Of a stretch of 64,000 nucleotides of DNA, positions 1 through 12,950 are shown piece by piece. This stretch comes from Schmidtea polychroa (lineage: Eukaryota): positions 12,896,001 to 12,960,000 of the forward strand of contig CM097888.1 of assembly GCA_044892525.1 (NCBI GenBank), written 5' to 3'. The stretch's first letter is position 1; every line of letters begins with the position of its first letter. The notes beneath the pieces were generated by a model. The model saw nothing but the letters and a program-made list of their open reading frames with translations, was not told the DNA's origin and searched no databases. A program made the translations under genes and the position numbers.

Positions 1-266
1 GTAATTGTTTTTGATTACGAAATTGCTGCAACTCGATTTTTATTTTTTTGTTACGTAATTCCTGCAGTAAGCTACGCTTATTTTTTTTCTCAAAAACATT
101 TTATTAAAAAGGTTTGATGCAATATCATAAATTAAATTTTTTTATTTGATTGAGTTCGTCTGTGTTGCTATCCGTACATTCCCCTTGGAGTAAGCCCATC
201 TTCTCAAATTTAAAAAAAATCTGAATTTTTATAAGTTTTCGTATTTTGTTTTGTGTGTGTTACATC

Positions 267-660
267 AGTAGCGGATTAAGGGGGCTGATCGGGCTAAAGC
301 CAGGGGCCCCAAAAACTTAAAATTTAAAATAAAATTAGAGTACCATATTATGCTTTTACAAAAAATTATTTATATAGCCTTATATATATAAAAACATATC
401 AATATATTATATATATTAAAAATATATCGTTGTCTAAAATTTGTTTTTATTTCAGAAAATAATTATAGTCATGCAACGTTCATATCCCAGAGGCGCAAAA
501 AGCGTGCAGCTTCATTAAAAAAGAAAAAAAGAAAAAAGGAGTTAGCTGAAAAAACTCATAAAATTACATTCTTCTGCAAGCCAACTACGATTCCGACTAC
601 GTGTACGACGAATGTGAAAGATAAAAATCATAAAAATATATATGTAACAGTTACATACAT
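267..660 (+). mobile_element. Possible 5' remnant of a hAT DNA transposon
   Basis: GC-rich CAGTAGCGGATT...GGGGGCCC terminus-like start; the decayed frame from 471 reads MQRSYP(S/R)GA.KRAASLKK..ELAEKTHKIT.F, resembling hAT/ZMYM1-type transposase N-termini. No partner end found. Confidence 0.35.
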
Positions 661-1378
661 GTTTTTATGATAAATTTATATTTTTCAAATAGTTAACATA
701 ACTTTTTAGAATTATTTATTCTTATAAAGTATAATTAAAATTTAATTTTCTGTAAAATGGATTGATTAAAACTTGTATATGTCGTTTTGCATGTTCTACA
801 CATATGTTTTTATACTAAATTTAAATTTTTCATCAATTTAACATAGTTTTAAAGAATTCTGTAGAATAATGATGAACAGATAGAATTTAATTCTCTATAA
901 ATTAGTCTAAATATAATTTTATTTGCACATTAGTTTTATTTTAATAATTGAATTTTTCTATATTTTGCTGATGTGATGAATAATACATCAATGAATATGT
1001 CATGTATTCTGTATGCTATATATTTTGGTTTAATTATTGCATCTTTAATTTAATAATTTTAATTTTATTATGTCTCCGTTAAATAAGTCAACTTTAGCGT
1101 CAAAATGTGTTTTTAAAATATATTTAAATTTTAAAATACCGCAACGTAATATATATATTTTTTTCCTACTCCTTCCTTGATTTTGATTGGTCAGAATTTA
1201 TTCGTGTTTATTATCTTCAGTCTATAAACAATAATCTATTATTAGTCACATTTAACAAATAGTTAACAAATAGTTAAAAATGAATTCTTTAAATAGAAAA
1301 CGTTATGAATGTCCCAGAAAAAATTTAGAAATTTGATAATTTTTAATTTATTGATTTAATTAATTAATTTATTAAATT

Positions 1379-1550
1379 AATTTGAAATCGAAGATTAAAG
1401 AAAATTTGAAAAGAAAAAGTAAACATAATTTATTGATTTAATTAAGTTATTAATTAATTTAGAAAATATTAATGAAGACAATTTGAAATCGAAGATTAAA
1501 TGAAATTTAAAAAGAAAAAAGTAAACATAATTTTTAATTTATTGATTTAA
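1379..1550. repeat. Imperfect AT-rich tandem repeat, about 101 bp period
   Basis: AATTTGAAATCGAAGATTAAA...AAAGTAAACATAATTT occurs at 1379 and 1480. Confidence 0.55.
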
Positions 1551-1989
1551 TTAATTAATAATTTAGGTAATACGAATAAAGAGAAAATTATGTCAATATG
1601 TCAATAAATCGAAATGAAAATTTATAATGTAAGTATTGATTACTTTTTATGATTTAGAGGAAATTTAATATAATTTTTTATTTAAGTAAATGTTAATAAT
1701 TTTAATTTAGTAAATATTTTTAGTAAATAAATTTTGTAAATATTTCTTGTAATAAATATAATAATTTGCAAATTTTTTTGTAAACATTTATTTAATCAGA
1801 TTTCTTTAATATTATTTAGTAATAATAATAATATTTTGTGTAATAATTACAATTATATATCGAATTTCTTTTATTTTATGATATTTAAAAAACCTTTGAT
1901 TAATTTTAATGGTATTTTATAATTAAGGTAATCTTTACCCGAATTATTGTTAATGTAAAGTCCATGATGACCGCAAATGCCATAAAATA

Positions 1990-2505
1990 ATGAAAAAATA
2001 CTATCGACTTGAGAATAAACGAGTTACCTTCTTTATATGTCCCATTTGTAAGAGGTCCCAAAATATAACTTTTTCTGACTTGTATAGTCAACACTGTGCA
2101 CATTTTAATCAATTTTCTTGTACAAAGAAGAATCTTTTTGCATCTATTAGTCTAAATAAAAGACGAATTGTTACTGTTTGTCCACAACCAGCGAAACTAT
2201 TCGTAATTTCCGTTGATGAAGATGTTCATTCATTAAATGACGAAAATATTGTTCAATATGGTGGTTTTAATGAACCTTTAATTAAATTTAATTTGAATAA
2301 GGCACATGCTATTGTTAGAATGGTTTCTTTAAATTTAAATAAATTAATTATCCCTGCACCATTATTAACTAAATTAAATTATGTTATATCCGAAATGGGA
2401 TATGTTAAAATTCAAATTTTCATTGATGTAGAATTTGAAAAAGATGGACAATTTCTGTCTTTTATAATATCTAATTCGGCGAAACCCATGAGTGATACTT
2501 TTTAA
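1990..2505 (+). CDS. Hypothetical 171-aa ORF directly upstream of the PolB remnant (CxxC motif); may be the broken N-terminus of the same gene
   Basis: ATG-started ORF with CPIC..HCAH; ends 18 nt before the PolB-like ORF. Confidence 0.3.
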   Translation: MKKYYRLENKRVTFFICPICKRSQNITFSDLYSQHCAHFNQFSCTKKNLFASISLNKRRIVTVCPQPAKLFVISVDEDVHSLNDENIVQYGGFNEPLIKFNLNKAHAIVRMVSLNLNKLIIPAPLLTKLNYVISEMGYVKIQIFIDVEFEKDGQFLSFIISNSAKPMSDTF

Positions 2506-2523
2506 GATGACAGTATTGCTCTT

Positions 2524-4618
2524 TTGAATGAAAAAGTCACTCAAGTCTGTGAAAATGGTAGCAACTGGTCAATTAATAAAATTAAAAAAATTAGTTTTAA
2601 ATTGACAAACTATTCACAAATAAATAGGTTGAGTGGTCATGGAGGTATTGATACTCGTCCAAAATTATACTTAAAACATTGTACGGTTAATGTGAAAAAC
2701 ACTGACGATATGTGTTTCATCTATAGTATTTTGTTTATTATGAAATATGATGAGGTTAGTAGATATGCTAGAAATAGAGCATCTAGCTATAATCCATCAG
2801 ATCTTGTCTTCGACTCTTCTGATTTATCAATGAAATTGTGTAATATCCTGAAATTTGAGGCTAAAAATCCTGGATATGCGATTAATGTTTTTTCGTATGA
2901 TGAATTTGATTTAATAAATGTTAATGATAAGGAAGTATCGAAACATCCTTTTGTAAATGTCATACACAGGCTCTTGAATTGTAATACTGTTTCAAATGTT
3001 AGAATTCAGAGTATTTGGTGTGAACGATGCTTGAATGGATTCAGATTGGCTGACGTTTTTAAGAAACATCAGGCATTATGTGAGAAAAACCAACTAGGTA
3101 CAACTTTGTATAGTTTATCTTCCGATAAGAACTTGATATTTAAAGATTGGTCTAAGATTGTGACTCCTCTTTTTGTTGTATATGCTGATTTTGATGCTGT
3201 TTTACCTAAGGACGATAAATATTTTCAGCTCCACTTGCCGATTTCAGCCGGACTATTACTAATTAAAGATTTTACTGGTGAAAAGATATATAAGAGTTTT
3301 TATGGTTTAAATTGTATTGAACAATATTTGACTGAAATAAATGACATTTGTGAAAAAATAGTTTTACTTTACTTCTTAAATAATTCCAAAAAGAAAATGG
3401 AATTTCTTTCTTCTGAAGAGAAAGGATCCTTTCGTTCTTCAACCATTTGTTACTTGTACAAATATCAGCATATTTGTCATTCCATTGGCGGTTTTTTAAC
3501 ATGAAATTATTTAGAAATTACGTAAATTTTACTGCAACGTAAAGGATTTAACTAACAAACCTAATAAAATGTGTAATCCTCTCTCACGTTCAATTAAATA
3601 TCGAATTATAATCTATTAAAAATACAGTCCACTATAACAGCATCGATCGTATTAGAAATTCACCATGGCTATAGTTTATCAAGTGTCAAATGCAATTAAT
3701 TTTTTTACTGTGTCTCTTTGCCATAGAGTCATGTTCATAGACAATTTTCTTATTAAAAATTTAAGTACTTATTTGAATTATTTGTATATTTTATTATCAA
3801 GAATTTAATAAATGATATTTAATAATTTATATTGTTAGGGGCTTCTCCCGCACCCCTGGTTAAGAACCACTGATCTAAACCAACGTTTAAAAGGACTTAT
3901 GAAATTGACAATGACTTAGTATCAGTCTTGCTAAATAAGGAAGCTATTTGTTTAGATAGACCCAGCGACATTGGCCAAACTGGACTGGACTTATCGAAAC
4001 TTAGAATGAATCAGTTTCAATATGAAGAGCTACAAAAATATCGTAAAATTAATATCGTTGTAGGTGATACTGATTCTTTTTTCCTTGAAGTTATTAACTG
4101 TAAGCTTGATGTTCTTTTACCAGCCATGATCCGTGATAATTTACTAGACATATTTAATTATGATACTTGTCATCCCTTGTACAGTAAGAACCTTGATTCT
4201 GTCATTGGGAAGTTCAAAGACGAGAATAAAGGTCTTAAATATAAGGAGTGGGTTTTTCTTAGGTCAAAGTGTTATAGTTTGTTAGGTGATGACGAGACAA
4301 AAAAAAGCTAAAGGAGTAACATTGTAAGGTAGTGACATAAAACATCAGTCGTACATGGAATGTTATAACACTAATCAAATTTTTTCTATACCACAAACTA
4401 AAATAACTAGCAAAAACTACCAGCTATTCACCATAAAAAATGAAAAAACTGCAATTACCAATGCAGAGGATAAAAGTGTTTGGGTGGGGAAAATTAAAGT
4501 TATGCATATGGGCATTATATGGGAGGTGACTCATTTGCGGTTCAATAATTTGATCCGGATCCATCATACTCGCAACTCAAAGAATCAGCTGAAGATATAC
4601 CGGATATTATTTAAATAA
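2524..4618 (+). pseudogene. Fragmented family B DNA polymerase of Maverick/Polinton-like type (copy 1)
   Basis: GSNW..., VNVKNTDDMCF, CERCL, YADFD (exonuclease) in 2524-3504; DRP..IGQT.LDLSK, GDTDS, HPLYS, IGKFKDE, LRSKCYS in 3928-4311. The central polymerase region is deleted and the frames are broken. Confidence 0.75.
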
Positions 4619-4862
4619 ATCTTTGTTTAAAAATTTGTTTTTATTGATTTTATTTTTAGATTTAAATGTATAATAAGTTTGACTAATAAATTTTTATATT
4701 TTGAACATTTTTGTCTCAGTTTTCGTAAATTAATAAAAAAGAGTATTAAGAATAAGAGATAAGAATTAATAATTTAAATTTAAATTAAAATAAATTAAAT
4801 TAAATAATAAAATAAAGAAATAAAATTATAATAATAAGATAACGCCAATCAAACATTCTTTT

Positions 4863-4901
4863 CACGATATATTTCGACAGTTTTCCTGTCATCATCAGGT
4901 G
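4863..4901 (-). ncRNA. Minimal type I hammerhead ribozyme (Penelope pLTR type)
   Basis: Minus strand reads CAC-CUGAUGA-U-GACAG(GAAAA)CUGUC-GAAA-UAUA-UC-GUG: complete core, 5-bp stem II, palindromic AUAUAU stem III, 3-bp stem I. It lies about 390 nt downstream of the PLE endonuclease, in the same sense. Confidence 0.75.
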
Positions 4902-5287
4902 GGATATAATAACTAATTAAATTAAGGATTTTAAACAAATGTATTAATTATGTATAAAAAAAAATTTTATTTTATAAAAACATTTTTAATTATTTTTAAA
5001 AAATTATACTTAAATTAACATATTTTTTTTTTCAAAATTTTAGCATTTAAAATTTAATTTAATAATTTAAAAAATTTTTATTAATTATTTAATTTAATAC
5101 AACAATCAACACATACAATATAAAAAAACCTATTTAAAAACTTATTTAAAAACACTCAAAACACAAGTATTTACTGCATTCTGCACATTAATTTTCGGAT
5201 TCAATGATTTTATCAACAACGTCTCACAAATCACACGTTCCCAATAATTATCGAAATTTTTTAATAAAATTTTAAAATCAGATATAC

Positions 5288-6770
5288 CTATTTTAATCTT
5301 ACAGCCCTTATTGTGCTCACCAATATGAGTAAAGCCTTCGGTCTACAATGTTCGCGAGCTCGAATACAGAGATTACGGGAAGTCTCTCCAATGTATGTGG
5401 CATTACACCCATTACATGTAAACTGATAAACGAGATCGGAACACAATTCAACCGGAGTTTTTGACTTATTAATAAACATATTGCGTACTTTCCATGAAGT
5501 TGACACTATTCTATAGTTTAAATTCCCTCACTGTTTTCTTATCTTCACTTTATAATCCTTAAAACCTTCTGAGTATGGCAATACTAACACAAATTTAGGC
5601 TCATCATCCTTGCTCACACTATTTAATTTATTTAACTCATCAGACTCACACACCTCAACAAAATCACACCCAGATTTTAACTCATCAGACTCACACATCT
5701 CAACAACATCACACCCAGATTTTCTCAAACATGGATCCTTAGGATTTTTAATAAATTTGTCAACACTCTCTTTCACCATAATTACTAAAAAGAATTTTGA
5801 ATAACCGTTCTTCATTAACAATTCAACCAATATGTCAATACTTTTTACTGAATTTTTAAAAGTAGAAGACAAAGACCGTGCACGATAAATCAACCCCTTC
5901 ACCATATTTCTTTTATACAACATCACACCCAGATTTTCTCAAACATGGATCCTTAGGATTTTTAATAAATTTGTCAACAGTCTCTTTCACCATAATTACT
6001 AAAACGAATTTTGAATAACCGTTCTTCATTAACAATTCAACCAATATGTCAATACTTTTTACTGAATTTTTAAAAGTAGAAGACAAAGACCGTGGACGAT
6101 AAATCAACCCCTTCACCATATTTCTTTTATACTTGAATTCACAAAAACTTTCGGAAGAAGTATAGAGACCAGTATCAGTTGGTTTTCTATAAATCTCTGT
6201 CTCATAGGGTTTCTCTTTGCGTTGTATTAACATATCCAAGAAAGCAAGCGATGATTTTTTCTCCGTTTCACATGTGAATACAATGTTTTTATGTAGACTA
6301 TTCATATAATGCAAAAACGGGTCAACATGCCTCTGATTTTCAAATATAAGAAAAATATCATCCACATACCGTTTATAAACAGTGGGTTTCATACATTGGA
6401 AAGATGCTATTTTCTTTTCTAAGCTTGTTAAAAAAATTGAAGCCATCATTGGTGCTAAAGGAGAACCCATAGCAACTCCATCTATTTGTTGATACCATTC
6501 ATTATTGAAAAGAAAATTGATTTTTGAAGTTACAAATACAAGAAGTTCACGAAATGCTGTTCTATCCAAAATATGATGTTCAGAAATATTTTCATTCCAT
6601 AACAAGCAACATAATTCAATTCTTTCAACCAATGGTACATTAGTAAACAGAATACAAACATCAAACGAAACCATAATTTCATCCATACTTTGTCTATCAT
6701 ATTGTGCAATGCAGGAAACAAATTCAAAACTATTTTTACATTCAAATTCTGATCGTATTAATGGTTTCAA
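5288..6770 (-). pseudogene. Penelope-like element: RT plus GIY-YIG endonuclease, 5'-truncated and frameshifted
   Basis: SFDV..LFTNVP, QQIDGVAMGSPLAP, YKRYVDDIF, FLD, YRKPTDTG (PLE-type RT); VYQFTCNGCNATYIGETSRNL..RAREH (GIY-YIG). Confidence 0.88.
5704..6132. repeat. 214-bp tandem duplication inside the PLE (frameshifting), next to a 45-bp tandem pair
   Basis: CAACATCACACCCAGATTTTCTC... starts at 5704 and 5918; the peptide KRNMVKGLIYR..KSGCDVV appears twice in different frames. Confidence 0.85.
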
Positions 6771-7273
6771 TAATCTATCCAGCCATGTATGTTTAACTAT
6801 TTATTCAAAAATTATAATAATTAATTAATTAAATAAAAATAATGAAATAAAAGGAAATAATTAATGAAAATATTTGTTAACTTCTGATTAATTATTGGTA
6901 ACAAGGTGGGTTACCAAATTGCTCCAGGAAGCTCATATATACCTACTAAGGTTAATAACAAAGTTAACATTTTCACTAACAATTAGACACTATATTTTAG
7001 AATTTTTTGATTCAGTAAATATAACCAAAGTATAGACAAAATCGTAATGACTTCTTATGACTTGTATCGTTTCTCAATTTCTATTTGTTAAAATAATAAC
7101 ATTTCTCAATGGTTAAACTAACGATCGTATTTTTAAATTTAAAAGTATTTGAAAAATAAAATTAGGTTAGGATTATTAGCTTACTCTTCGGGCGTTGTTG
7201 CTCGAAAAGCATTCGAAAGATTAAGAGAGCCTTTGAGGGAGGGGATGTTTAAAATATTTTTTAAACCTAAAAC

Positions 7274-7470
7274 NNNNNNNNNNNNNNNNNNNNNNNNNNN
7301 NNNNNNNNNNNNNNNNNNNNNNNNNNNNNNNNNNNNNNNNNNNNNNNNNNNNNNNNNNNNNNNNNNNNNNNNNNNNNNNNNNNNNNNNNNNNNNNNNNNN
7401 NNNNNNNNNNNNNNNNNNNNNNNNNNNNNNNNNNNNNNNNNNNNNNNNNNNNNNNNNNNNNNNNNNNNNN
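7274..7470. other. Assembly gap
   Basis: Run of N. Confidence 1.
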
Positions 7471-7816
7471 TGCTCATTCATCTCATCTTGGTGGGGAACA
7501 TTGGATTGCAATATATATGAAACCTAGTAAGATATTAGGGTTTGATCCTTTAGGTTTATATTTTCCAACAGTTCTTTATTGCTTTTTTCTCTCTCTTACT
7601 AATAGAGCGATTTTTTGTAGGAGTGGAACGTGACTTTCCCAAGGACAAATGTGTCCACTGTGTAGACTTTCAGTGAATAAATCTGTGTTGAATGTGAGTG
7701 TGTCGGGACCTTCAGAAGGACTTATCATGGTATCTATGAAAGCAATCTTGCATTAAATTTTGAATGTGTCTGATACGCTAAGGCTTAAGAAACTTAAGTG
7801 CCAATATGATAGACTA

Positions 7817-7905
7817 AGTAATGATATTACATTAGAAGCCAAAGGCAAAATATGAAGGAGTTCAAAGTATATTGCGTAATTCAATACAATGCGTTAGTTA
7901 TTGCT

Positions 7906-7949
<44 letters not shown>

Positions 7950-10900
7950 CTATTTAAGAGTGATCACTGTGTTAATAATTAAATAAATCTTTAGATGGAA
8001 CCGATTGTTAAAACTTTTTGTTCAAACATTTACATTTAAATTGAGTATTTTAGACAAGATTAAAGATTTTGCTGCAATTAGACAATAATAAAATGAGAGA
8101 TATTCAACCTTCGAAATCAGGTTATTAAAATTAGTGGGGAAGTTATTAATTCAGAAATGAGAGTAGAGGAGATTGCCAATGAAATTATAACTGGACGAGT
8201 CAGAGACAGAAGATTAATAGATGAGCTAACAATGAAACCAACCATGACAGCAGAAGAACGAAATCACTGGTCAAAATTTACGAAAAAGTGGAATCAAAAG
8301 AAAGAACGGAAGAAATTATGGTAATAAAGAAGAGTAGTTACGCGGAAGCGACAAGGAGAAGGAATTCAGAAACGTTTACAAGAAAAACAAATCGAAGTAA
8401 CACCAATGTATTAAGGAGCCAAGGAAATTACAGAAGATAGAATTTACCAGATAATTCGTATAGCAGAAAATGATCATACAGTCGAAAGGAATGTGCAAAG
8501 GACATTACTCAGATGATGCAGAACAAGAGAATCAATTAATGATTATGTAATTCATGATATGGAAGCGGAAAAAAAACAAAGAACTCTATTGCATACATTT
8601 CGTCAATGGGTTTGTAAAGGAAGAAAATCGGAATGACAGAACAGAAGGGATGAGGTATGCAACATCAGATGGAAGAGAATGGAACAAGATGATGATAAAT
8701 GATGTTGAGAATACGATGTTGCGGGATTCTGGAGCTTCGATTGGCAGTCTACGTTTAAGCACCAGTGAAATTAAGATATGTGGAGTTTTTCCAGGAAATC
8801 AAAAACCACAGAGATGTACAGACGCAAATGTTTATTGATACAATAAGATTATGACTATCAAAATAATTTTTATTAAAAATATATTTCCAGGTTTTATTGA
8901 TAGTATAGATACCTTGAAAGCATTTGGAGTGTAGTTGATGGAAATTAACAATATTGAATCCGAGACAAAGATTAGTGAAGACAAAAAATAAAGGATTGGG
9001 AAGAAATGAATTGCCAACAATAAACAAATTATTAGATGAATTCGGGTCAATATTTATGGCAGCCAGATTTGATTTAGGATTCACAAGAATCGTGGAACAC
9101 GAAATTAATACATCTGGGAATCCAACAATGCAATTTCCAAGACAAAAACCAATGCATCTAGAACAGAAAATTGACGATATTATAAAAGAGTTAACAAAAG
9201 CTGGAGTTCTAAGATGCTGTAAAAGTCCATGGAGCTCCCCATACGGCTCAATAAGAATGTGCGTAGAATATCGAGAATTGAATAAAATGACAGAAAGAGA
9301 ACCTTTCCCTATGCCCAACATATCTTAATTACTCGATAACTTATCGGGATCTAAATTATTTTCTTCTTTAGATCTTGGACAAGCATATTATCAGATCGCA
9401 TTAGCAGAAGAATCACAAGAGGAAACGGCATTTAGTTCCAAAGAAGGTCAATTTTGTTTCAATAGACTTTGGTTTGGCAAATTACTATAGACGATTTGTC
9501 AAAGATTATGCTAAAATAACAGCACCTCTACATGCAACAGCGTCAAGTTGTGATAAAAAAATCAAATGGTAAGAATATTGTGAAAACAGTTTTAGTCAAC
9601 TTAAAGAAGCTCCTATTCTTGATTTGCCTCGTAAAATTCTTTTCCGTCGTAAATTTATTTTGGATACTGGTGCCAGTTTTGAAACTATTAGAGCAGTGTT
9701 GAATCAAATAAAAGAAGACGGTTCAGAAACAGTTATTGCATACGGTTCAAGGGAGGGATATTATGTAACCGGGAAAGAGTTATTGGCACTGCATGAATAT
9801 GTTTTATATTTTAGACTGTACATATACGTGAAAGAATTCGTTGCTCGAAGAGATCAAAAATCTTTAGTATTTATGAACACGAACAACAAGTAATAAGATT
9901 GGTTAAAGATATCGGATGATATGCTTGTATTGGAATCAGAGAAAATAGATCTAGTGATAATCCCAAAAAGCTATCAATCTAAACTAGTGATTAAAATACA
10001 TGACGATTTATGTCACGTTGGAATTTAGAAACTGTTTCATTATTTGGAAGGGAAGTTTTTCTGGCCGAAAATGCAAGAAACGTTAAAGAGATAGTAAAAC
10101 GATGTGTCACATGTGCAAGAAGGAAAATAGATCAAGGAAGACAAATGAAATTTTAATTCCACAGATTGTGATGGATGTTGCTTTCATGGAGAGAACTTCA
10201 ACCGACAAAATATATGTTATCGTTATTATTGATAGGTTTAGCAAATTAGTAAGTCTAACGGCTACAACAAACCAATATGAAAAAACTATTTTGAAGATGC
10301 TATTGAACAGTTGGATTTACCTCAAAGTATATTGACAGACAGAGGGCAAAACTTTGAAAAATATTTGAAAAAAAATATTTGAAAGAAAAATTAGAACAAC
10401 TTTCGCTACGCCATATCAACATCAGTCAAATGGCTTAGTGGAAAGAGCTATCAGACCAATGAGAGATTTACTTGTGACGACGATGAAAGGGGGCTGTGCT
10501 GAACAACAGTGGCACATACTACTGCCTCGAATGGGATTCAGTATAAACGCAACTTATCAAAGTGCTACAAAATATTTACCATTTGAGATTATATGTGGAC
10601 TCAAAATAACGTTGGACGCAATTCTAGACTCAAACATTAAGTACATGATATTTCAGAAGAAGCACAAACGAATAAAAAGCAAGCTGCACAAAAGATGGAG
10701 AAATTCGAGAACGACAAAAAAATTAAACAATATTTTGAAGTAGGGGAGAAAGTAGTAGTACAACGAGAACCACATAGAAGAAACAAAACTGATATTCAAT
10801 ATGATGGTTCATATAAAATTCTTAGATTTGTGTCATATCATCAAGTTGAATTTTAATATCCAGATATGACGCGTCACCGATGAATCGAATGGTTAAAGAG

Positions 10901-11092
10901 ATGGCATCAATCTTATGAAGGGGAGAGTAATGATATTACATTAGAGGCCAAAGATCAAATGTGAAAGAGTTCATAGTATATTGCGTAATTCAATACAATG
11001 TATTAGTTATTGCGCAATATACATGACTACTTAAGAGTGATCACTCTGTCAATAATTAAATGAATCTTTAGATGTTACCGATTGTTATAACT
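7817..11092 (+). mobile_element. Decayed, internally deleted Ty3/Gypsy element with short AGT..ACT LTRs (7817-8015 and 10926-11092)
   Basis: Direct repeats AGTAATGATATTACATTAG...CCGATTGTTA(A/T)AACT; purine tract GAAGGGGAG before the 3' copy. Fragments of protease (DSGA), RT (SPWSSP, MCVEYRELN), RNase H (DTGAS..VIAYGSR) and integrase (MDVA, IIDRFSK, ERA). Flanks GACTA/GATTA. Confidence 0.8.
7907..7946. repeat. (TA)n microsatellite within the 5' LTR of the decayed Gypsy
   Basis: Direct reading; absent from the 3' LTR copy. Confidence 0.9.
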
Positions 11093-11674
11093 GATTATAT
11101 GTTAATCTACCTAAATCTGGATTATTATTACAGATATTACTCTGAATTTTATTATGATCATCAGGATTATCATTAGTACTATCATTATTACTAGCACTGA
11201 GAGTAGCAGGGGTGCGATTATAACTAGTAGCATCATCGTTATTAGGGTTATTGCCTATAGTTAGGAGTCGCACGGACAATTCTAGGGGTACATTTAGGGT
11301 CCCCAATGATACTGGTCAATCGCGGTAAGGAAAGAGAAATATCGTTGGATCCACCATTTTTCATTCCTAAAATTCCATTGCGTAGTTTTTAATATATTAT
11401 TATCGGTACCACAGATCCCCTTCCAGTTAAGGTCATCATCAGTGAACCTGGTCATTTCCCGAGAAGCGCCAAGTTAAGAATCATTAAATAAGAAATAAAT
11501 TGTTAACTGGGATTTTCATCAACACCAGACAATTGGCGAAATTATTCTTAATTTTTTTCATCTCATTCGCTGGTTTTTAAATTTTTACCATTTTAAATAT
11601 TGAAATATATTTTTAGTCTTTTATGAAAGCGTATATATATTTAATTTTAAATTCATCTTTCATTTTAAATTCTA

Positions 11675-12950
11675 TTTAATTATTATTATAAGAACTTTTA
11701 TTTCTTCCAATTTCACCACTGATTATTTTATCCATTGAATTAAAAAGAGAGCTTGAAGACTATAAATCAGTAATATATCGATATTTGTTGATACTCACGA
11801 GTTTTCGGCACTGCCTTTTTTCAAGTGAATTTTCACAAGTGAACTCTCTTTTTAATTCTATTTAATTAATTTAAGTTTAAAATTTATAATTTTTTAAAAT
11901 TTTTCTCTTTCAACATTTTTGAAATTTAACATTATTAAATATGAAATCTCAGTTATTATGAAATTGATTTGTCCAAACACTTTCCCTACCTTTCAAATGT
12001 ATATAAATTGTGAGAATGTCACAGTGACATTAATTATTTAAACTTGGCGCGCGACTTTAGTTGATTTCAAAAGAGCAATGACAAGTAATAGATTTGATGG
12101 ACAAATATTAAACCTATGAACTGTATATGATTCAGTTGTATAATTAATTTAATAGACCTAATTCATGCGCACAATAATTTTTTCTCATGACTATTCACAT
12201 TTTCGATTGATATTATCGAAAGTGAGTGAATCTTGTTTAACTGGTTAACATTAACTTATGATATTTATGTTCGTCGAGTAAATAGATAATATTCACACAA
12301 TTTTTTATTATTATTCAAAATGGACATGAAGATCACACAAAATTTGACGTCACTAAATTCCACTAGTTGTTTCGATATATTAAAATAACTTAGCATATAT
12401 TAAGTAGAAAATTTTATTAGAAAATAGAAAATATTTTTTTACTTAATTAAACAATTGTGAAAAAATCATTTATATCAAATAGATTTTAATTTTCAAAAAT
12501 TCATTGCAAAGATTAGCCGCTGAGACTCTACATCAAAAAACTTAAACCGTCCATCAACATTCAACTAAATTAATACTTAAATTAATATTTAATTAGATTT
12601 AAAATTTAAAATTAAAAAAATATTTAAAATTTAAAATATAAAATACGTTTTTTTATTAAAGAATTAAAAATTTAGTTAAATTATAGAGTTTAAAATTTTA
12701 AAAAAATAGGAAATATTTTTTTGGGTAATTAAAATAAAATATATATATAGAATATAATTAAACCAATAAATTTATTATCCCCCGACAATAATTAAATTCA
12801 CTTAAAAAAGACAGTGCCGAAAATTCGTGAGTATCAACAAACATCGATATATTACTGATTTATAGTCTTCAAACTCTCTTTTTAATTCAATGGATAAAAT
12901 AATCAGTGGTGAAATTGGAAGAAATAAAAGTTCTTATAATAATAATTAAA
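11675..12950. repeat. About 157-bp inverted repeat pair (11675-11832 / 12794-12950), probable inverted Penelope pLTR termini
   Basis: The arms are reverse complements with few mismatches and each carries a hammerhead-like motif; homologous sequence also lies at about 23775-24110. Confidence 0.7.

Noticed and set aside
5190-5216. Hammerhead-like UUGAUAA..GAAAAUU (minus strand), and a similar decayed motif at about 29168-29210 (+)
   Set aside because: Stems I and II do not pair convincingly; at best dead relics.
7149-7520. ORFs spanning 7149-7520
   Set aside because: They run through an N gap.
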